Positions 9,468 to 18,621 of a stretch of DNA of 60,793 nucleotides are shown here, one piece after another. The position numbers were made by a program, and so were the translations under genes. The notes under the pieces were generated by a model, which worked only from the letters and a program-made list of their open reading frames with translations, was not told the origin of the DNA and made no database searches. The DNA is from an uncultured Rhodobacterales bacterium. Lineage in GTDB: Bacteria; Pseudomonadota; Alphaproteobacteria; Puniceispirillales; GCA-002684695. Location of the stretch: assembly GCA_964502335.1 (NCBI GenBank), contig CAZCWO010000001.1, forward strand, positions 1-60,793, given 5' to 3'. How positions within the stretch are numbered: the stretch's first letter is position 1; each line of letters starts with the position of its first letter.

Positions 9468-11507
9468 TTAATTACTCACACTAATAATTAGATTTCCCCA
9501 TTCATCAACTACACAACTATCATTAGGAAATATTATTGTTGTAGTGTCCATTTGCTCTATTAAAGCAGGCCCAATAATTTGTTGATTTGCAACTAGTTTT
9601 CTACGATTAAATATTGGTGTCTTATATCTTTTGTCCAATTCAAAAATAGTCTTTCGAAATCCAATAGGTTCTTTAACTTTTTCTTTGGAAACTTTTGGTA
9701 AAGAGGGTGTTTCTAAATTTCCTAGAGCTTTTACAGCAAGATTGACAATTTGTATAGACTCCGTATCAGATGCAAATCCGTAATTTAGCTCATGTTCTTT
9801 ATGAAATTCTTGTTTAATTTCATTTATTATTTTTTTATTATTTTTGGATAGGTCTATACTTAGAGAAAGTTCATAATTTTGTCCAAAATAACGTGCACCT
9901 ATCGACCACCAAACTTGTCTTTGTTTTATTGGCACCTCTTCATCTTTAAACCATTTATTAACTCTTTGGAGCAAGTTATTTCCTGTTTTTCTTAGAAAAG
10001 CTATCCCACTATCGTCTAAATTTGTTAGAATCGTAGAAACAAATTCTGTAGATAAGGAAGCATTCATTACACCTTCTGCGCATAAAATTCCTGGGTTCGG
10101 CGGAATAATTATTTTTTTCATTCCTAATTCTCTTGCTACATCATTTGCGTGCAAAGCACCTGCGCCACCATATACAAAAAGAAGGAATTCGCTAGGATCA
10201 TGACCTCGTTCAATAGAAATAGATCTTATTGCTTTAACCATTGTTGCACAAGAAACTTGCACAATCCCTAAAGCAGCTTCTTCAGGATCCACTTTTAATT
10301 CTTTTGCTAATTTTAAAATGCATTCTAATGAGAGCTGCTTATTTATTTTCATTTCACCGTCCAGCAATGATTCCTGATTGAGGCGACCAAGCATTACATT
10401 AGCGTCAGTTACGGTTGGATCTTTTCCTCCTAGGTCGTAACAAGCAGGGCCAGGAACAGCTCCTGCACTTTTGGGTCCTACTTTTAAGAGACCATCTCTA
10501 TCTATCCATGCAATTGAACCCCCTCCAGCACCAACAGAATTTACATCAAGAGAAGGTATGCGTATTGGAAATCCAGCAAGGTCTCTTTCATTAACTTCAA
10601 CGGGCTTTCCATTTTTTAGCAATGCAACATCAGCACTTGTTCCTCCAACATCTAAAGTAATAATATCCTTAAAACCTGCAACCAGTGAGCGTCTTAAAGC
10701 TCCTTGAACACCTGCAGCAGGTCCAGATAAGGAAGCTCTGACAGGAAATTTTTTTGCCATTCTAACTGACATTAAACCACCGGAACTTTGACTAATTTTT
10801 ACCTCATTTTTGATTCCAATATCTTCAGCTAGATTTGTAAGTCTATCTAAGTAAGAACCTAACACGGTTATAAGAGCTGCATTTAAAACAGCCGTTGAAA
10901 ATCTTTCATATTCTCGAAATTCTGGATAAACAGAGGAAGAAGTTAAAACCTTCATTTCTTTAGGTAGAAGAGATTTTAAGATTTTTGCACATATGTCCTC
11001 ATCTTCAGGATAAGCATATGAATGAAGAAAACAAATCACTATGCAATTTACTTTTTCTTTTTTAAGTTTTTTAGATATTTCTTTTAATTCACTCTCTTTA
11101 AGAGGAACATGAAGGCTTCCATCAGCTAACCTTCTTTGAGACACCTCTAATCTTAAATGTCTATCAACAAGAGGTTTTGGATGATCTAGATGCATATCAT
11201 ATACTGTTGGACGAGTTTGGCGGCCTATTTCTAACAGATCTTTAAAACCTTTAGAAGTAACCAATGCAACTTTACCACATTTTCTTTCAATTAATGCATT
11301 TGTCCCAACTGTTGTTCCATGAGAAAATCGTTTAATTTCTTTTGAAGAAAGGTTTTGTGATTTTAAAACAGTTTTAATTCCATTAATTATAGCTAATTCG
11401 GGTGCTTTTGGAGTTGAGGGTAGTTTAAATAAAATAAGATTTCGTCCATTATTTAGATTAATAGCTAAGTCTGTAAACGTACCCCCTACATCAACGCCTA
11501 CATACAT
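9468..11507 (-). CDS. hyuA: hydantoinase A/oxoprolinase-family subunit (ATP-binding, ASKHA fold)
   Basis: 679 aa, with N-terminal MYVGVDVGGTFTD and a second phosphate loop ITLDVGGTSADV. Confidence 0.9.
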   Translation of the reverse strand: MYVGVDVGGTFTDLAINLNNGRNLILFKLPSTPKAPELAIINGIKTVLKSQNLSSKEIKRFSHGTTVGTNALIERKCGKVALVTSKGFKDLLEIGRQTRPTVYDMHLDHPKPLVDRHLRLEVSQRRLADGSLHVPLKESELKEISKKLKKEKVNCIVICFLHSYAYPEDEDICAKILKSLLPKEMKVLTSSSVYPEFREYERFSTAVLNAALITVLGSYLDRLTNLAEDIGIKNEVKISQSSGGLMSVRMAKKFPVRASLSGPAAGVQGALRRSLVAGFKDIITLDVGGTSADVALLKNGKPVEVNERDLAGFPIRIPSLDVNSVGAGGGSIAWIDRDGLLKVGPKSAGAVPGPACYDLGGKDPTVTDANVMLGRLNQESLLDGEMKINKQLSLECILKLAKELKVDPEEAALGIVQVSCATMVKAIRSISIERGHDPSEFLLFVYGGAGALHANDVARELGMKKIIIPPNPGILCAEGVMNASLSTEFVSTILTNLDDSGIAFLRKTGNNLLQRVNKWFKDEEVPIKQRQVWWSIGARYFGQNYELSLSIDLSKNNKKIINEIKQEFHKEHELNYGFASDTESIQIVNLAVKALGNLETPSLPKVSKEKVKEPIGFRKTIFELDKRYKTPIFNRRKLVANQQIIGPALIEQMDTTTIIFPNDSCVVDEWGNLIISVSN

Positions 11508-12787
11508 TTATGATCTCCAGCATACACATTGTTTGAATCAATAACATTTTCCAAGTAGTTTTTAATTTGTGTGGCTACATTTTTTGAATCTTCATCAAAG
11601 CCATAGAGAATTCCAGATTTTCTCTTGGTCATCCAGTTCAGTCCATTAAAATATAAACCTTTAATATTAGTTGACCCTTGATTTGTGTTGGGATAACCCA
11701 TTTCATCAGTAATAGGGAAATTAATCCAAGAAAAATCATAAATAAAGCCTGTTGCCCATATAATTGTTTTGATTTTATTTTTAATAAAATCTAAAGATCT
11801 TACTATTTCGATCACTTTATTATCTCTCGTTGCTTCTCCATCGAAATCTTCATGAGAAGGGGAAGGAACATTTAATTTTGAGAGATTAATGTAATCATCA
11901 ATTTTTTTTCTGAATTCCTTTGCATAATTATCGGCATAGTGAATATCTGAAATCAGATTATCATCAAATATAAAATGATTATCGGAGACATCAATAAGGC
12001 GTCCATATAAATTAACCCCATTACGATGAAATTTATGGAGACTTAAAGTCTTGCCTCCATCTCTTCCAGTAAGGTGGGGATCTCCAGCAAATCTTAAACT
12101 TGGATTTTCAAGCATGTCTGGAGTTCTTTCCAAAAGCTTCATTTCTTTTTGCCAGGTGATGCAATCTTTACCTCTATAACTTCTAGGTAATCTTCCACTT
12201 TTCCCAACACATAGGTGTACTTTTTTTCCAGCAGAAAGTAAGTCTTCAACCACTTGGCATCCAGATTGTCCAGAACCAACAACTAACACTTCACCCTTAT
12301 CTAAGGTGAAAGGATTTTTATAACTTTCAACATGTATCGATTTTATTGAGTTTGGTAATTTTTTTGAAACATTTGGAATTTTTGGAAGTTGATGAGTTGA
12401 CGTTGCAATGACAACAACGTCTGATAAAAAATCTTTGGTATTGGTTTCAAGAAGAAATTTTGAATTTTGAATTTTTATAGATTTAATATTAATATTTTTT
12501 CTTATAGGTACATTAAAACTTTTAGCCCATTTCGTTATATATTCTACAAACTCATCTCTTTTCATAAAACCATTAGGATTAATGCCTTTATATGGATGTT
12601 CAGGAAAATTAAGTGTCCAATTTGGAGTTACTAAACAAAATGAATCCCATCTTTTTTCTTTCCATGAATTTGCTATATCACCTTTATCAACAACTATATG
12701 TGGCAAGTTAAATTTTGTTAAATAATAACTCACACCAAGTCCACCTTGACCAGCACCTATGATTACAATCTTATGATATTCAGGCAT
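11498..12787 (-). CDS. two-dinucleotide-binding flavoprotein oxidoreductase (class-B monooxygenase-like, CzcO/FMO-type)
   Basis: It has IVIIGAGQGGLGVSYYL (FAD) and VLVVGSGQSGCQVVEDL (NAD(P)). The ORF track starts at a TTG at 12817. I prefer the ATG at 12787 (MPEYHKIVIIGAG), which removes the overlap with the upstream gene. Confidence 0.8.
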   Translation of the reverse strand: MPEYHKIVIIGAGQGGLGVSYYLTKFNLPHIVVDKGDIANSWKEKRWDSFCLVTPNWTLNFPEHPYKGINPNGFMKRDEFVEYITKWAKSFNVPIRKNINIKSIKIQNSKFLLETNTKDFLSDVVVIATSTHQLPKIPNVSKKLPNSIKSIHVESYKNPFTLDKGEVLVVGSGQSGCQVVEDLLSAGKKVHLCVGKSGRLPRSYRGKDCITWQKEMKLLERTPDMLENPSLRFAGDPHLTGRDGGKTLSLHKFHRNGVNLYGRLIDVSDNHFIFDDNLISDIHYADNYAKEFRKKIDDYINLSKLNVPSPSHEDFDGEATRDNKVIEIVRSLDFIKNKIKTIIWATGFIYDFSWINFPITDEMGYPNTNQGSTNIKGLYFNGLNWMTKRKSGILYGFDEDSKNVATQIKNYLENVIDSNNVYAGDHKCM

Positions 12788-12801
12788 TAAAAATGACTCA
12801 A

Positions 12802-13341
12802 CTACCTTGCTGTCCAACGATCAGTATCTTTTCGACCAAATTTAACTATATCCAAAGGTGGAGGATCTGCTTTGGCGTGACTTATCATATGATGAACCTG
12901 ACCACGATGATGAATTTGGTGTTGAAATAAGTTGCTTAAACATAACTTTAATGGAAGAGAAAAATATTCATCTTCATCCATTCCAACTGCTTTAAAAGAA
13001 AATTCACTATCTAAGTCGGTTTGAGACACATTGCCACAATAATCTGAATACCATTTATCATTTTTACGGTGTCCCTCTTCCAAATCATCAAAATCATCAT
13101 GAACAATTTCATCAAGGGAATTAAATGTGATTGGTTTCTTTTCTAATCTTTGACGATATAAAATATCTGCTAGAAGTATATGATTCATTGTATTATGAAT
13201 TGATCTAAAAAAAGCCCTTCTATCTTTTCTCCGTGCTTCGTCTGTAAGACCTCTTAATGCGTTATATAGCCTATTGTTAGCCCATTCATTATATTTTGCA
13301 GCAGTATAGATATCTATTAATGTACCCATAATTTTTTCCAA
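12802..13341 (-). CDS. DinB-family four-helix-bundle protein
   Basis: 179 aa with the DinB-like His pattern (..NHILLADILY.. and ..FQHQIHHRGQVHHM..). Confidence 0.7.
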   Translation of the reverse strand: MEKIMGTLIDIYTAAKYNEWANNRLYNALRGLTDEARRKDRRAFFRSIHNTMNHILLADILYRQRLEKKPITFNSLDEIVHDDFDDLEEGHRKNDKWYSDYCGNVSQTDLDSEFSFKAVGMDEDEYFSLPLKLCLSNLFQHQIHHRGQVHHMISHAKADPPPLDIVKFGRKDTDRWTAR

Positions 13342-13365
13342 TCAATTTTAATCACAATTATTTAT

Positions 13366-13674
13366 TTATATAGAGTTACTCTTGGCACGCACCTCATACT
13401 CTGCTGGTTTTGGAGAACCACCCTTTAAATACATATGAGAAAACATATCAATAATTTTATCTAAATCTGGGCTTGCAACAAATTCTTTATAATCATCAAC
13501 ACTTTCCCAGATTGTAAAGGCGATTCTTTCTATATCGTTCGGTTTAGCGAGTAACATAGCTTGAATAAAACCTTTATGTTTTTGCATAATTTTTACTGCG
13601 GAAGATTCAAAGAGTTTACTATCTTCACCCCAATAATCTGGAGAACATTTCCAGGCTGACATTCTGACAAACAT
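13366..13674 (-). CDS. small ABM/Dabb-fold (antibiotic-biosynthesis-monooxygenase-like) protein
   Basis: 102 aa. The size and the pattern ..AFTIWESVDDYKEFVASP.. are typical of ferredoxin-like ABM domains. Confidence 0.55.
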   Translation of the reverse strand: MFVRMSAWKCSPDYWGEDSKLFESSAVKIMQKHKGFIQAMLLAKPNDIERIAFTIWESVDDYKEFVASPDLDKIIDMFSHMYLKGGSPKPAEYEVRAKSNSI

Positions 13675-13800
13675 AAATTAAATTGCCTTTTTATTTGATA
13701 TTAAATATATTAAATATATATATAATATATATTTATATTTGCAACTAACGAATTAAATTTTTGAATAAAAAAAATTATTTTACATTTTGGAGTTTAAATT

Positions 13801-14658
13801 TTGAGCAATATTATTTACGGAAATTATAATCAGGAAGAATTAGATCTTGAATATGATATGAGAAGAAGATGTCCTCATTTCGCAGAGACTTTTGCCTCAA
13901 TGGAAATACATAATAAAAGAGTTGTATCAAATTACGAATGCCTTCTTGATGTCTCATTTGGTGAATCTGCTGGAGAAAAACTTGATATATGGCCTGGAAG
14001 AGGAGGAGCGCCAATATTACTTTTTATTCATGGAGGGTATTGGAAAGCATTTGACAAAGAAATGTTCAGGTTTATAGCGGAACGTTTTATTGAGGTTGGT
14101 GCATGTGTTGTTTTAAACAATTACGATCTTTGCCCAAAAGTTACTATGGATGAAATCACTAGACAAAACAGAGAAGCTCTTTCATGGATTTATAAAAATG
14201 CTTCAAGTTTTGGAGGGGATCAAGGACGCATACATGTTACAGGGCATTCTGCTGGAGGTCATCTTACAGGAATGTTGATGGCAACAAATTGGGAAGATTA
14301 TGGGCTTCCTTTTGATGTTGTTAATGGAGCGGTACCATTAAGTGGTCTTTTTGATCTTGAACCACTCCGTGTATCATATTTAAATGATGATCTTCATATG
14401 AATAAAGAAGAATCACAAAGAAATAGTCCCTTATTAAATATCCCGAAATGGATGCCACCAACAGTAGTTGCAGTAGGTGGGGGGGAAACTAATGAATTTA
14501 GAAGGCAATCAAGAATATATACTGATGAGTGTAGAAAAAATGGTTTTGATGTAAGCTATCTTGAAGTTGGAAATCATGATCATGTTAATGTAGCTGGAGA
14601 ATATAGAAATAAATTAAGCCCGCTTACATCAACAATATTCTCTCAAATGAATATTTAA
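13801..14658 (+). CDS. alpha/beta hydrolase, arylformamidase/esterase-like
   Basis: It has an oxyanion motif HGGYW and a nucleophile elbow GHSAGGHL. It starts with TTG at 13801. Confidence 0.8.
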   Translation: MSNIIYGNYNQEELDLEYDMRRRCPHFAETFASMEIHNKRVVSNYECLLDVSFGESAGEKLDIWPGRGGAPILLFIHGGYWKAFDKEMFRFIAERFIEVGACVVLNNYDLCPKVTMDEITRQNREALSWIYKNASSFGGDQGRIHVTGHSAGGHLTGMLMATNWEDYGLPFDVVNGAVPLSGLFDLEPLRVSYLNDDLHMNKEESQRNSPLLNIPKWMPPTVVAVGGGETNEFRRQSRIYTDECRKNGFDVSYLEVGNHDHVNVAGEYRNKLSPLTSTIFSQMNI

Positions 14659-14725
14659 GAAAAAATGTTCTGCCTATATTTATTTATAAAATTATTTTAG
14701 TAATTATTTTACAAAGGTATTTCAA

Positions 14726-16027
14726 GTGAGCAAAACATATGATGCTATAATTGTTGGGGCTGGAATAATTGGTTGTGCAATCGCCTTTGAAATGAGTAAA
14801 AGTGGAAAGAAAGTTTTATGCATAGAAAAAAATGCTGCTGCTGGTTCTGGATCGACAAGTAACTCATGTGCAATTATTCGAACACACTATTCAACACTTT
14901 ATGGTGCAGCTTTAGCTAAATCAAATTATTTTTTCTGGGAAAATTGGGCTGAATATCTAGAAGCTAAAAAAAATGAAAAATTAGCAACATATCGTGAGGT
15001 TGGATGCCTATTTACATGTTTTGAAAAGAATCAGTTTGGATATAAATTAGAAGAAATTGCCAACAAACTCAATATTCCATACGAAGTTTGGACCCCAAAT
15101 AAAATGAAAGAAAAACTTCCCATTATTAATCCAGGACATTTTTACCCCCCAAAAAAAATTGATGATTCGAATTTTGGAACTAAAAATGGTGATATGAGGT
15201 ATGTTTTATTTTTCCCAAAAGCAGGTTATGTAAACGATCCTATGTTTGCCACTCAAAATATTCAATCGGCCGCTGAACGAAAAAATGCACATTTTATTTT
15301 TGGAAGTAAAGTCACTTCAATTAATAAATCAAATGGAAAAGTTTTAGGGGTTTCAATAGATAATAACGAGAAAATATTAGCACCGGTTGTTGTTAATGCT
15401 TCAGGCCCTCATTCTTTTAAAATCAATGAAATGGCAGGCGTAACTGACGGTATGAATATAAAAACCAGAGCTCTACGTGTTGAAGTAGCTCATGTTCCAT
15501 CCCCAAAAGATTTTGATTTTGAGAAAGATGGATATATTTGTTCTGATGATGATATAAGTGGTTATTGGCGTCCTGAAGTTGGAAATAGAATTTTGATAGG
15601 AAGCCATGAAAATGATTGCGACCCATCAGAATGGGTTGACCCAGATAACTACAATAATCAGATTACCGAAAAATCTAGATTACAAGCTATGAGAGGCGCT
15701 CAAAGATTTCCCAAAATGGGCATTCCAAATAATGTACAAGGTATAGCGGACTTGTATGACGTTGCGGATGATTGGATACCAATTTATGACAAGTCTGATT
15801 TACCAGGATTTTATATGGCAATTGGCACCAGTGGAAATCAATTTAAAAATGCACCGGTTGCTGGAAAAATGATGAAAGAGTTAATAGATTATGTTGAATC
15901 TGGGAACAACCATGATACTGATCCTATGCAATATCAATTGCCAAATATTAACTTTAAATTAGATATGTCTTACTGTTCAAGATTGAGAGAAATCAATCAA
16001 GAAAGCAGTTTCTCTGTTGTGGGTTAA
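14726..16027 (+). CDS. FAD-dependent oxidoreductase, DAO family (sarcosine-oxidase/D-amino-acid-oxidase-like)
   Basis: It starts with GTG and has an N-terminal YDAIIVGAGIIGCAIAFEMSKSGKKVLCIEK Rossmann motif. 433 aa. Confidence 0.85.
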   Translation: MSKTYDAIIVGAGIIGCAIAFEMSKSGKKVLCIEKNAAAGSGSTSNSCAIIRTHYSTLYGAALAKSNYFFWENWAEYLEAKKNEKLATYREVGCLFTCFEKNQFGYKLEEIANKLNIPYEVWTPNKMKEKLPIINPGHFYPPKKIDDSNFGTKNGDMRYVLFFPKAGYVNDPMFATQNIQSAAERKNAHFIFGSKVTSINKSNGKVLGVSIDNNEKILAPVVVNASGPHSFKINEMAGVTDGMNIKTRALRVEVAHVPSPKDFDFEKDGYICSDDDISGYWRPEVGNRILIGSHENDCDPSEWVDPDNYNNQITEKSRLQAMRGAQRFPKMGIPNNVQGIADLYDVADDWIPIYDKSDLPGFYMAIGTSGNQFKNAPVAGKMMKELIDYVESGNNHDTDPMQYQLPNINFKLDMSYCSRLREINQESSFSVVG

Positions 16028-16958
16028 AAAAGTGAATAATAAAAATCCTGCATTTATTGACTGTTATGGGGATCTGGGAAAAAGGTTTTCATTAGAAATG
16101 AAATCAATTATCCCAAACTTAGATGTTTTCTATGATAAACCTAACAATGAACAAGAAATCATTAAAAGAATAAATGGCAGAAAAAACATCATGGTTTACA
16201 TGAGTTTCTTATCTTCTAATATTTTGAATTCCTGTTCAGATTTAAAAACTATTTCATACTTGTCTACAGGCCTGCAAACTCATGGCGACTTAAAAGAAGC
16301 AAAAAAATTAGGTATAATTTTTGAAGGTGTCAAAGGATATGGTGATAGAGCTGTTGCTGAGCACACTATTGCTTTGGCTTTATCTTCGATCAAAAAAATA
16401 GTAGAGATGGATAATTCTGTTAGATCTGGAAATTGGCAACTTATCAGAACGGAAGAAATTACTGGGAAAACTTTTGGCCTAATTGGTTTAGGTGCTATAG
16501 GTCTAGAAACTGCAAAGATTGCATCTGCATTGGGTGCGAATGTAATAGGTTGGAACCGTTCAGATCAAACTATAGACATTCCTATAAAAAAAGTTTCTCT
16601 TAATGAAGTGTTAGAAAAGTCTGACATTATTTCTCTCCATTTAGCATTAAATAAAGAAACTGAAAAATTTTTTAATAAAGCCTTAATTTCAAAAACTAAA
16701 AGGGGAGTTATCTTAATTAATACTGCTCGAGCTGGTATTGTTGATGAAAAAGCTCTAATTTCAGAATTATTATCTGGGCATATAGGGCATTGCGCATTAG
16801 ATGTTTTTCATAATGAACCTATGCCAAAAAATCATCCAATATCCAAAATGAAAAATGTTACTTTAACCCCCCATTCAGCATGGCTAACCACTCAATCAAT
16901 GGATAAACTGCTTTTTGCAGGATTAAATTTATTAAAAAAACATATTAAACAAAGTTAA
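16017..16958 (+). CDS. D-isomer-specific 2-hydroxyacid dehydrogenase (NAD-binding)
   Basis: It has GLIGLGAIGLETAKIA (GxGxxG), LINTARAGIVDEKAL, ALDVFHNEP and TPHSAW (catalytic His). The start is uncertain (TTG 16017 or GTG 16032). Confidence 0.9.
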   Translation: MWVKKVNNKNPAFIDCYGDLGKRFSLEMKSIIPNLDVFYDKPNNEQEIIKRINGRKNIMVYMSFLSSNILNSCSDLKTISYLSTGLQTHGDLKEAKKLGIIFEGVKGYGDRAVAEHTIALALSSIKKIVEMDNSVRSGNWQLIRTEEITGKTFGLIGLGAIGLETAKIASALGANVIGWNRSDQTIDIPIKKVSLNEVLEKSDIISLHLALNKETEKFFNKALISKTKRGVILINTARAGIVDEKALISELLSGHIGHCALDVFHNEPMPKNHPISKMKNVTLTPHSAWLTTQSMDKLLFAGLNLLKKHIKQS

Positions 16959-16993
16959 AATTAGATAAATTTACTAATTAAAATTATCTAATT
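16959..16993. terminator. candidate bidirectional hairpin between convergent genes
   Basis: A perfect 10-bp inverted repeat, AATTAGATAA (16959-16968) and TTATCTAATT (16984-16993), with a 15-nt loop. It lies exactly between the two convergent stop codons. The stem is all A/T except one G:C pair, so it is weak. Confidence 0.3.
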
Positions 16994-18194
16994 ATGTTTC
17001 CAGTGCACAAATAGATTTTTCTATTCTTTTACAGGCTTCAACTAGAATTTTATCTGACTTTGCAAAGCACAATCTTAAAAAATTAGGCATACCGAATTCA
17101 GATCCAGGGACTATTGCAATTTGAGCATGCTCGAGAAGGTACATGCATATATCAATATCAGATTTTAATTTTAATCCTGAAAAAGTTGATTTACCAATTA
17201 ACCCTGTGCAGTCAATAAAAAAATAAAAGGCTCCCTCTGGATTTAAAAATGTCAAGTTATTAATTTTTGATAATTTTTCTTGGACCAAATTTTTTCTTTT
17301 AGTATAAACCATGTTCCATTCCTTAATAATATCTTTTGATCCATTCAAAGCAGCTAAAGCTGCTGCTTGTCCCACTGATGAAGGGTTTGTCGTTGATTGA
17401 CCCTGTAGTTTAGTCATTGCTCTTATTAGATCTAATGGTCCTCCTGCATATCCTATTCTCCAACCAGTCATTGCATGTGACTTTGAAACTCCATTAACAG
17501 TAAGAACTCTATCTTTTAAATCAGGAGCTACTTCTAAAATATTTGCAAAAGATTTATTTTCGTATGTAAATACTTCATAAATATCATCACAAATTATTGA
17601 TACATTTTTATGTTGGCGAAGAGTGTCAGCCAATGACAAAAGATCACTAGATGAATATATAGCCCCTGTAGGATTTCCAGGAGAATTTAATATTAGCCAA
17701 CGAGTATTTTTATTTATAGCTTTGGATAATGTTTCAGGTGTGATTTTATAATGATCTTCTTTCGAACAAGAAACTATTATAGGTATTCCATCAGCAATCT
17801 TTACCATGTCAGGATAACTTACCCAATAAGGCGATGGAATTATAACTTCATCATTTGAATTCAGAGTAGAAACAAGTGCATTAAAAATTATTTGTTTTGC
17901 TCCAGTCCCAACAATGATTTCCTCTGAGGAATAGTGTATTTTATTATCTTGAAGAAACTTTTTAGAAATAGCTTCACGTAATTCTAGCGTGCCACGAACA
18001 TCTGTGTATTTAGTATGCCCATCGTGAGCCGCTTTAAATGCAGCATCAATAATAAATTTTGGTGTATTGAAATCTGGCTCACCTTCACTTAACTCTATAA
18101 TATCCTTTCCCTCTTGTTTTAATTCACGAGCTAACTGAGCCATCTTGACTGTTCCAGAAGTCCGAATATTTTTAATTTTAGTACTAATTTGCAA
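16992..18194 (-). CDS. class I/II PLP-dependent aminotransferase (aspartate-aminotransferase-like)
   Basis: 400 aa, with NSPGNPTG, and with SKSHAMTGWRIGY containing the PLP lysine. Confidence 0.9.
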   Translation of the reverse strand: MQISTKIKNIRTSGTVKMAQLARELKQEGKDIIELSEGEPDFNTPKFIIDAAFKAAHDGHTKYTDVRGTLELREAISKKFLQDNKIHYSSEEIIVGTGAKQIIFNALVSTLNSNDEVIIPSPYWVSYPDMVKIADGIPIIVSCSKEDHYKITPETLSKAINKNTRWLILNSPGNPTGAIYSSSDLLSLADTLRQHKNVSIICDDIYEVFTYENKSFANILEVAPDLKDRVLTVNGVSKSHAMTGWRIGYAGGPLDLIRAMTKLQGQSTTNPSSVGQAAALAALNGSKDIIKEWNMVYTKRKNLVQEKLSKINNLTFLNPEGAFYFFIDCTGLIGKSTFSGLKLKSDIDICMYLLEHAQIAIVPGSEFGMPNFLRLCFAKSDKILVEACKRIEKSICALET

Positions 18195-18279
18195 TAGTTT
18201 GATCCTTGCAAGATATATATTTTTTATATATTTTAAATATATTTATAATTAATTTGCTAATAATAATCAATGGCGTTTA

Positions 18280-18621
18280 ATGCTTCGATATAGTTCAAAA
18301 AATTCTATTTATAAAATAGATGGCTCCAGGATGGATTTAGCTAAAGAGTACAGAGATAACTTAAAAGGACCCTATAGTTTTGAACTTCAAAATATTCTTG
18401 ATAGAATGAGGACTTCATCTTTAAATGGACGTTTTGTTTTAATCGTAATCGAACCGTTCAAGAGATTTGGACTTGCAAGATTAAGTGGTAAAAGAGGTGA
18501 ACCTCCTAAAATTATTGATAATGTAATTTATAATTCAATTTCCGAAGCCGAATGGGATATTTTTAAAAGAAGGTGGTATGAACTTACAGGTTATAATATA
18601 AACATAAAGGATCCATCTTAA
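18280..18621 (+). CDS. small hypothetical protein, in the position of a DMFase small subunit
   Basis: 113-aa ORF (alternative start M18 at 18331). Its stop overlaps the ATG of the next gene (TAATG), indicating translational coupling. I recognise no family, and the subunit idea rests on position only. Confidence 0.5.
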   Translation: MLRYSSKNSIYKIDGSRMDLAKEYRDNLKGPYSFELQNILDRMRTSSLNGRFVLIVIEPFKRFGLARLSGKRGEPPKIIDNVIYNSISEAEWDIFKRRWYELTGYNINIKDPS

